The notes under the pieces are model-generated. The model was not told where the DNA came from and did no database searches. It worked only from the letters and a program-made list of their open reading frames with translations. From NCBI GenBank assembly GCA_965242695.1, contig CBDESU010000001.1, positions 384,001 to 448,000 on the forward strand: a DNA stretch of 64,000 nucleotides, in the 5' to 3' direction. Each line of letters begins with the position of its first letter. Within the stretch, counting starts at the first letter, position 1. Below are positions 53,417 through 61,900 of the stretch, one piece after another. The DNA is from Cenarchaeum sp. (GTDB taxonomy: Archaea; Thermoproteota; Nitrososphaeria; Nitrososphaerales; Nitrosopumilaceae). The translations under genes were made by a program, and so were the position numbers.

Positions 53417-54652
53417 GCCGGGCGGTCTCCTGTACCCCCTCAGAAAGAACGCCGCGGCGCCGCCTGCCGCCGCCACGGCAACGGCCGCCGCGGCGGCCTG
53501 CGCATGCCATCCGTCCCCCTCCTGCGCCGCGCCGCCTTCGCCTTCGACGCCCTCCCCCGGAATGCCCCCGCCGGGCCCGCCGACGACGAGGGCCAGGCCG
53601 CCGGCGCCGACCGACTGCGTCCTCCCGAACAGGAACCTCGCATCCGACCTGCCGCCGCCCTCCTCGGATATGATCCAGCCGGCCTGCCCGAGGTCGGCCG
53701 GCGCGTCGACGCCGTTTGCCGTCCTCGTCTCGAGCCGGCCCGGCTCGGCCGCGCCGATCGTCCCGTTGCCGACGACGAGCACGTGGACGATCGAGTTGAG
53801 CGGGTAGAACGCCTGCGAAAAGTAGCCGGACCTGCGCAGGACGTCGACCCCGAGGTAGTCTAGCGGGGCGATGACGGGCCCCGCCGAGCCGGCCCCCTCC
53901 CTGTACGCGGACACCTTTAGCTGGTAGAGGGCGCCGGACTGGGACGGGAGCATGGAGAACGTCATCTTTGCCGACTCGCCGCCGGCCATCGACGTGGCCG
54001 CATCGTAGAATCCTCCGGCGTCCCTTATGGGCCTGGCCAGCAGTATGGCCGACGCCTTTTCGAACATGGAGTCGGTCGACTCCATGGGCATCGTGAACAC
54101 GGCCGACACCGTGTCCCTGCCCGAGACGACCCCCGACGTGTCGAGGGCCACGTTGGCCTCGTCCCTATGGTGTATGAACACGGAGTGGAAGGATGCGTCG
54201 ATGTCGAGCAGCGCGTTGATCTTGTCGATGTACAGCATGCCGATCTCCCTGGCCGTGTCCTGCGTCCCCCTTATGCCGCCCCACTCGGGGTCCCTCTTTA
54301 CGTTGACCATCACGCACGACATGTGCTCCTGCACGCCGAGCACGCACCTGTCCTCGTTCGTCACCACGACTGCGACGACCCTGTCGTCGGCGAGCAGCAT
54401 GCCCTCGAGGTCAGGCGGGATCCTGATCTCCTGCCCGCTCGTACTCTGCAGCGTTATGGCCGCGGTTATGGTGTCCGAGACGGCCGGCGCTATGACGACC
54501 TGGGCCGTCTCCTGGTACGTCGCTAGCCTGATCTCATCGCCGTCCTGGGCCCACGCGGCATCGGGCATGCCTGCGGCGGCTGCGGCAGCCAGGATGGCCG
54601 CAAGAGCGGCGGCGGCCGCGAGCGGAGGACGGCCGGAATGGTGGGCGCCCAT
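53405..54652 (-). CDS. Exported protein with a signal peptide and C-terminal membrane anchor
   Basis: Ala-rich signal ending AWA-Q; C-terminal TM followed by LRGYRR. Confidence 0.75.
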   Translation of the reverse strand: MGAHHSGRPPLAAAAALAAILAAAAAAGMPDAAWAQDGDEIRLATYQETAQVVIAPAVSDTITAAITLQSTSGQEIRIPPDLEGMLLADDRVVAVVVTNEDRCVLGVQEHMSCVMVNVKRDPEWGGIRGTQDTAREIGMLYIDKINALLDIDASFHSVFIHHRDEANVALDTSGVVSGRDTVSAVFTMPMESTDSMFEKASAILLARPIRDAGGFYDAATSMAGGESAKMTFSMLPSQSGALYQLKVSAYREGAGSAGPVIAPLDYLGVDVLRRSGYFSQAFYPLNSIVHVLVVGNGTIGAAEPGRLETRTANGVDAPADLGQAGWIISEEGGGRSDARFLFGRTQSVGAGGLALVVGGPGGGIPGEGVEGEGGAAQEGDGWHAQAAAAAVAVAAAGGAAAFFLRGYRRPPGSKD

Positions 54653-55216
54653 TGCCCGCCGCCGGCGCGGCCTGGGTATTAACGTTGGCAGGGCGCTGCC
54701 GTGCGCCCCGGTTGCAGAGGCGGGGTGAGGATGGAGTGGGGGGCGGTTCTGCCCGCGGGCGGGGCGATCGTAGTGCGGATCGCCAGGTGCACGTGCATGG
54801 CCGGCGGCGGGCCGGGCGCGCGGCCGCATCGGCAGGGCCGCCGAGGCGGCTGGGGTGGTGCGTGCGGAACCGCGGCCTCATGAGGGCGGCAGCGGCTGGG
54901 GGGGGGGGCGCCGTTGGTCCCTGCTGCATGGGTGCGAAATTAACTCCAAAGATGCCGTGGCCTCCTCTTGCGGGACGGCTTGCTCTGGGCCTGCCCGCAG
55001 CGGGGCGTATGGGGGGGGGGGGCGGATGAGGCGCGCGACGGCGCGCGACGGCGCACCGTTCGCCGACTCGGCGGCAGAGGCCGCGGCTGTCCCGAATCTG
55101 ACTTCCGTGCCTAGGAATGACGGGAGCCGGTCGTGCCTCTGCCTCGACTGTTGGCGGCCCTAGATGGCAGGGCGAACCGACAAATGGTTATATAGCGAAT
55201 GCGGGTGGGGCGCGGC

Positions 55217-55537
55217 ATGGCGATGGCGGAGCAAGCGCGGGCGCGGACAGTGCGCCGCGGAGGGGCGGTAGCCGGTTCCCAACAGGCGCAGGATTGCGAG
55301 TTGAAGGCACAGCCGCGCGGCGACCTTGACTACCGGGTGAGCCCCGCCGAGATCGACCACATGCTTGCCATGTACCGGAAGAATGCGGAGCCGGATGTGG
55401 CGGCAAGGATGGACCGGGCAATGGCAGAGAAGATTATCAGGGACCGCAAGGCTTGGGTCAGGGAGAATACCGATTATGACCTCCGTGTCCGCCTTCCTAG
55501 GGAACTGGTGCGCGCATATTGCCTGCACCCGGTATAG
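55217..55537 (+). CDS. Hypothetical protein
   Basis: TTATATAG at 55188 before the ATG; protein-like composition. Confidence 0.5.
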   Translation: MAMAEQARARTVRRGGAVAGSQQAQDCELKAQPRGDLDYRVSPAEIDHMLAMYRKNAEPDVAARMDRAMAEKIIRDRKAWVRENTDYDLRVRLPRELVRAYCLHPV

Positions 55538-55761
55538 GGTCGTGCTAGCGGTACAGTGTTGCATAACCGCGCTGTTGACGACTACGGCATAGACACGCGT
55601 AGGCATCAGAATGAGCTTTTGTGCAACACGGTAGCTAGCGGGGAACTGCAAGGCTGCCGGCGCGGACGCATCATCGACAGGCTCTGGCGCGATTCTGCAC
55701 TGCGTTGCTTCCGCGCACACGGCACATGAGGCGCCTCACTTGCCGATCCTACCTTGCAGCA

Positions 55762-57417
55762 TCATTTGTGGGCCCAGAGTTCCGCCGCCCTGCGGCGAGC
55801 CTTGTTGGCTTCCTCGCCCCTGCCATGCATGGCTAGTACTTCTGCCAGTCCACTCCATGCCTGCGCACTCCCAGAGTCCAGCCTCACGGCCGCGCGGTAC
55901 GACTGCAGGGCCTCGCCGGCGCGGCCCGTTTCGAGCAGGGCCTTGCCCATGCCGAGGTGCGCCCTTGCACTGCGGGCGTCGAGCCTCACGGCCGCGCGGT
56001 ACGACTGCAGGGCCTCGCCGGCGCGGCCCGTTTCGAGCAGGGCATCGCCCATGCCAAGGCGGGCGCCGGCACTGCGGGCGTCGAGCCTCACGGCCGCGCG
56101 GTACGACTGCAGGGCCTCGCCGGCGCGTCCTGCCTCGAGCAATACCCTGCCGAGCCCACCGTACGCCGCTCCGGCCCCTAGGCTGCGCGCAATGCCGCCG
56201 GCGGCAAAGCCGCGGCCCTGCGCTCCCGCGCGCGCCGCCTCCCGCCCGGCCCCGCCGACGATATCCTCCTCTGAAATGCGGATTGCCGCACGGTACTCTC
56301 TGATCGCCTCTTCGCGGCGCCCCGCCAAGGCGAGCGAGTTTGCAAGGCCGGCGCGGCCCGCGGCATCGCTCGGATCCGTCTTGATCGCGCTGCGGTACCA
56401 ACGAACGGCCTCTTCGTGGCGCCCCATCATGGCCAAGGCGAGGCCGCATCCCGTGTACGGCGACATTTCCTCCGAGTCTAGGAGGAGCGCGCCCTCGTAG
56501 CACTCTATGGCCTGCGCCTCGCCCCCGATGCCCCGCACCACGCCCAGTGCATGGCCCCTTGAAAGGCGGGCCGCGACATAGCCGGGGTCTGCCTCGACTG
56601 CCGCCCTGTACATTGCAAGTGCCGCCCCGTGCCGGCCGGCCCGCATCTCCAAGTGGCCCATCTCGAGGTACGCCAGGGCGTACGAGGGGTCGATCTGCAT
56701 GGCCCTCTTGTAGCGCGCCCTGGCCTCGCGCGCGCGGCCGAGCCGCGCAAGCGCGTGGCCCTCGCACACCTGCGCCCACGCCTCCCTCTTCCCCGCGGCG
56801 CCGAGGCGCCCGCACACGCCGAGCACCCCGCGGTACGCCCTGCGCGCATCCGCATAGCGCCCGGCGGCCGACATGACGTGGCCCTCGACGAGCAGGAGGG
56901 CAGCCATGTACCGCGGGCGCGCGGCAATGACCGCATGCACGATGGCCTCGACCAGGGCGTACGCCTCGGCCTCCGTGTACCTTATGGCGTGCACGGTGTG
57001 CACAAGGACGTGCCGCACCCTGTACAGGCGGCGGAGCCTCTTGCCGTGCACCCTGACGCACTCGAGCAGCGCCCATATGCCGCGCTGCTTGGCCACCCTC
57101 TTGAGGGACTCTCTGCTCTGAAAGGTGCGGAGCGACGCCTCGATCCTAGACATGCTCAGCGCTATGGCCGCGCGAATCCCCTCGACGGTCTCGATGGCCG
57201 TGCGCCGGCCCCCAGACTTTTCGTCGATGTCGATCTCTAGGATCAGCCGGACGAACTGCTCGAGGACGGTCACGCACTGCACGATCACGCCCATCCGGGA
57301 CATCTCGTTGCCGGAGCCGATGCAGGCCTTGATCGTGGCGACCCTGATGAACACGCCGAGCATGCTCTGCGCGACAAGCTCGCGCGTGAGCGGGTATCTT
57401 CTTTTTTCCGGGGACAC
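55762..57417 (-). CDS. Putative HEPN-domain plus TPR-repeat protein
   Basis: N-terminal helical domain with LEQF and R-x4-H (RHVLVH), followed by about ten 34-aa TPR-like units. Confidence 0.8.
   Translation of the reverse strand: MSPEKRRYPLTRELVAQSMLGVFIRVATIKACIGSGNEMSRMGVIVQCVTVLEQFVRLILEIDIDEKSGGRRTAIETVEGIRAAIALSMSRIEASLRTFQSRESLKRVAKQRGIWALLECVRVHGKRLRRLYRVRHVLVHTVHAIRYTEAEAYALVEAIVHAVIAARPRYMAALLLVEGHVMSAAGRYADARRAYRGVLGVCGRLGAAGKREAWAQVCEGHALARLGRAREARARYKRAMQIDPSYALAYLEMGHLEMRAGRHGAALAMYRAAVEADPGYVAARLSRGHALGVVRGIGGEAQAIECYEGALLLDSEEMSPYTGCGLALAMMGRHEEAVRWYRSAIKTDPSDAAGRAGLANSLALAGRREEAIREYRAAIRISEEDIVGGAGREAARAGAQGRGFAAGGIARSLGAGAAYGGLGRVLLEAGRAGEALQSYRAAVRLDARSAGARLGMGDALLETGRAGEALQSYRAAVRLDARSARAHLGMGKALLETGRAGEALQSYRAAVRLDSGSAQAWSGLAEVLAMHGRGEEANKARRRAAELWAHK
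55879..56140 (-). repeat. 102-bp near-identical TPR-coding repeats x3
   Basis: Units at 55879, 55981 and 56083 (LLETGRAGEALQSYRAAVRLD). Confidence 0.9.
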
Positions 57418-57715
57418 AAAAGTACCAAATACTACTATTATTTATAACTGGCGGTCTGTCCATGCGGCGGGATGGGGGGCGCAGTGGCCGCGGACGCGGG
57501 CCATCCTCCGGGCGGCCCGCCCCCATCCGCCCGCGCCGGCAGGGTGCGCCCCGCGAGTCTGGCGTCGACTCGCCTCCTTGGCGGGGCGCCGATCGCCGCA
57601 CGGGCGCCGATGCCGGCTCCGCTGCGCAAAAGGGGCGCGGCGGGGGTGCGGCGCGCCCCCGCGGCCCCCGCGCCCATCCGCGCCGTCTTTAAGGCGGCCC
57701 CGGCACGCGCCGCGC

Positions 57716-58183
57716 ATGCGGCTAGGGTCTGGCGGGCGCACCGGGAGGCGCCGCCTGATCGACGGCCTGCTGCTCGCCTTTGCGGCCATGGCCGTGTTCT
57801 CGATCGCCGCCACCATACCCCACGAGGCGGGCCATGTCGCAGTGTGCATCGCCGGCGGGCACGAATACGACCTTATGGCCGGCCCGCTCGGCCCCATGGT
57901 CGACTGCTCGGCCGTCCCGGACCCACTGTGGCTGTACAGGGCAGCCGGCGGCGCGGCCGGCGCGGCCGCACTCGCGCCGCTTCTTGCATGGGGCCGCGTC
58001 AGGAATTCGGAGCCGTGGCGCGCGGGCCTGGCCGCCGCGGTATACCTGCAGGCCGCAATCATGGTCGTCGAGACGCTTGCGCACCCGCTGTACATGACAA
58101 GCCCCCTGCCGACTGCCGCCGTCACCGCCTCGTCGCTGGCGATCATACTGTGCATGATGATCCCGCGCCGCCGGGCGGAATGA
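57716..58183 (+). CDS. Membrane protein with HExxH (M50 peptidase-like)
   Basis: PHEAGH after the first TM, further TM segments; TTTAAG box at 57688. Confidence 0.65.
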   Translation: MRLGSGGRTGRRRLIDGLLLAFAAMAVFSIAATIPHEAGHVAVCIAGGHEYDLMAGPLGPMVDCSAVPDPLWLYRAAGGAAGAAALAPLLAWGRVRNSEPWRAGLAAAVYLQAAIMVVETLAHPLYMTSPLPTAAVTASSLAIILCMMIPRRRAE

Positions 58184-58329
58184 CTCTTGCCGCCCCCGCT
58201 TCGGAGGCCGGGGGTGGGGGAGGGGTGCTCCGTTGCCCCGCCTCGATCATGGCAGGCCGCAGCTTGCGGTTGCTTGCGAACAGGGACGAGGGGCGCAGGC
58301 GCGGCGAGCCCTCCCTCTAGGCCGAACCG

Positions 58330-58460
58330 GGCGCCTGGACGTGCGGCGCGTCCCTGCCAGGATCATGCGCCCACATGCGAACGGCAGGATCGAGCGGTTC
58401 CACGGGGCGGCCGGGCGCCGCCTGCGCGGGCTCAAGGCAGAGTCGTCGCAGACTGCGACC
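58330..58460 (+). pseudogene. DDE transposase/integrase C-terminal remnant
   Basis: ANGRIERFHG...RLRGLK resembles the catalytic-Glu helix of DDE transposases; no intact ORF. Confidence 0.45.
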
Positions 58461-58930
58461 CGGTCTGGCCTGCCGTGGGGCCGCCATGCCGTGGGTGGGC
58501 CGTCCGCCGCGTCGACGGCCCGCAGGATGCCGCGCCGCCGCGGCCGGCGCACCGGCACTGCCGCGAGAGGCGCCGCATGCCGCTTGGGGGGGGGGCGAGA
58601 TCCTGCCGTGTCCTGCGTCCGCAAGATGGCCCGGGGAGGCGGTGGCGAACGAGCAGTACGGAATCGCATACAGGCGCGAGAGGGGCCTGCGCCCTCCCAC
58701 TGTATGCGCCCGCCGCGGGGCGCCCAGCCGCCTAGTGCAGACTCGGGTCCGGGACGCCATGCGTCTGGCGGGGTCGGCACGGCCCTGCGCAGCGTGACAA
58801 GAAGCGGTGGCTCCGGCGCTCGGGCGCTGGGGGCCTGAATACGTACCCCCAGATCTCCGCCGCGGCTATTCTTTTATAGGCCCAATTTGGACGGCGGGCG
58901 GACAACAATGGCGCAAAGCACATCCCCTGC

Positions 58931-61900
58931 ATGCGGCATGGGCCGGCCGCATGGGGACTCTCGCGGCAGAGCTGGGGGGGGGGGGGTGCGGAACACCGGC
59001 CCCGCCGCCGCCGTATAGCCGCCGTTGTGCCCGCGCTTGCCGTGGCCGCCGCCGCGGCCATGCTTGCCGTGGCCGCGCCGCCCGATGCCGATGCAGGATC
59101 GGGCACCATCGACCAGTGCTATAGATTGGGCCCCTCCGATATAGACTCGATCCGATTCCGCTCGTCCAACGGCACGTATAAGATCGGCGACACGATCGAC
59201 ATACGCGTCACCGTCATCAATACTAGGGCCTTCGATACGGGCACGTCTGGGAATCCCAGCGCCCGGCATGTCCTGGAGCATAGCAAAATCAGGCTCGAGA
59301 CGGGCGGCGAGTCAGACGGGTTCGCCGACTTCGTAACGGCCCCGAGCTATGGAAGATGGGTCGACTACCGCTACACGGTGCGAGCCGGCGACAACAGCAG
59401 CGACCTAGACTACCATTCGACAAGGGCGCTGTACTGGCGCCTCATTGGACACGGCGCGTATGACCACAACGTTGTGCATACCAACAGTGGCGACTTCGAG
59501 TGCCTCCTCCCGCAGCCGGGGGGCCCAGGATCCCTGTCGAACAAGTCCGACATAGGGATCGACGGCATCGCGCCGCGCGTGGCCAACGTCACCTTGTCTC
59601 CACCCGACGGGGGGTACGGCCTGGACGACGGCGTCGAATTCAACGTCAACTTTGACGATACGGTCGTATACTCGGGCGCCGCGCCCATTCTGCTGCTAAA
59701 CCTGAGCAGCGGGGAGTTCCGCAACGCCACCTACGCGTCGGGAAACAACACGGACAGGCTTACATTCGCATACGTGGTGCAGGGCGGCGACGATGCGTCC
59801 GACGTAGGCTACAACGGCACGATGGCGCTGACGACGGCCGGCAGCATGACCGACAAGCCCGGCAACCCTGCCAACCTGACCCTGTCCGCATCGGGATCGC
59901 TCGGACGCTCGGGGCCCGTTCCGATAGATGCGACCCGGCCGACCGTCCTGAACGTCACGTCTCCGAACGGGACGGGCCCGCACACGGAGGGCTCGACCAT
60001 CGCAATCAGGGTCTTGTTCAGCGAGAACGTGGAAGTCGTCACCACCGGCGGCGCGCCGCGGATCGAGCTGGACACGGGCTCGCCCGGCGGCCGGTACGCC
60101 GACTACGATTCGGACGCGAGCACCGCCCAAACCCTGGCGTTTTCCTACAGTGTGGCGGAGGGCGACGAGACGCTCGACCTGGCCTATGCGAACAGAATGG
60201 CCCTGTCCGAGAACGGCGGGATCATACAGGACGAGGTGGGCAACAGGGCCACCAACCTGACCCTGGCCGATCCCGCCGCGGCCGGACCGCTCGGCGCCTT
60301 GGGGCCGATCCGCCTCGATGCAAAGGGGCCGGCATACGTGTCGGTCTCGTCGACGACCCCCAACGGCACGTACGGCATCGGCTCGTCCGTCGCTGTCACG
60401 GTCACCTTCAACGAGAATGTTGTCGTCGACACTACGGGCGGCACGCCAAGGATCGCACTGGACACGGGCTCGCCCGGCCGGTACGCCGACTACGATTCGG
60501 CCGCGAGCACTGCCCGAACGCTGGCGTTTTCGTACACGGTGACCGAGGGCGACGACACGGCCGACCTAGACTACACTGCCGCTGCCGTCATTCTGCCCAA
60601 CGGCGGGACCATACAGGACACGGTCGGCAACGGCGCCGACCTGGACCTGCCCCTGCCGGGCACGGACGGCCTGCTCGACTCGGGGACGATCCGGCTCGAG
60701 ACGGTGCGGCCGGTGGTGGAGCATGTTTCGTCGGAGGCGGGCACCGGCCCGCACTCCGTCGACACCGTGATCGACGTGCGGGTGAAGCTTGACGAGGCCG
60801 TCATCGTCAACAACTCAAGCGGCACGCCGACCATACGGCTGGAGACGGGCACGACCGACCGGAACGCGACGCTTGTCGGAGGCAACAACTCTGACACGCT
60901 GGTATTCTCGTACACGGTGCGGCAGGGCGACGAGACGGACGACCTGAACTATACGGGCACGACGGCCCTGTCCGCCAACGGCGCAACCATACGGGATGTG
61001 GCCGGCAATGGCGCCGACCTGGACCTGCCGGACTGGGGAAACGGGGACACGCTCGGAGAGCGCAAGGACATCGCAGTCGACACCGCGGCGCCCGTGGTGT
61101 GGTTCGCCCATGCCGAGTATCCGAACCACATACGCGTCACCTTTGACGATCCCGTGGCGTCCGGCTCCCTGAACGCCTCGGCCGGCTGGTCCATATCGGG
61201 GCCTAGCGCGGTCAACCTTTCAATAGCCGCCCTCGGGCCCGTCACGATGTCGGCGCCGCGGGACAATATCGTCTTTACGCTCAACGACACCCTGCCCGAC
61301 ACGGCCCCCGATCTCGAGCTGTCCTACGACGCCGGCGCCGGCGGCATCGCCGACGAGGCCGGCAATCTCCTGCAGGACACGACGGGCATAGTCGTGGCCG
61401 ACCGCATACGGCCCAAGATCGACGAGGCGCTGATCACGGGGAACCGGGAGATTACCATCGCCTATACAGAGCCGGTCGCCGCATCGCAGGGCGCCTACTC
61501 GGGGCTCGAGATCGGAGGGGATGCCCGCCAGCTGGACCCGTACGACACGGATGCCCTCCTCCGCCAGCACGCGATCACCTTTGCCGGCGATCCTGCCCCC
61601 GTCCCAGAGCCGCCGAGCAGCATGACAGTAGACGGCAGGGCGGTGCTCGACGGGGCCGACCAGCCAAACCCGCTCGGCGACGATATCTTGACCGTGGACA
61701 TACAGGACGGAAGGGTCCTGGACGTGTTCTCGTCAAGGATTACGGGCCCCGACACGGCCGTCATTGCGTACACCAGGAACGCAGAGGCCCCGCTTGAGGC
61801 CTACTCTTCGCTCGTGGTCGGCGGGCAGGACAGGATGATAACGGGGCTGGCAGGGGGAGGCGCCGGCGCCGGCAGCCACTTCCACACGCTTACGTTCGCC

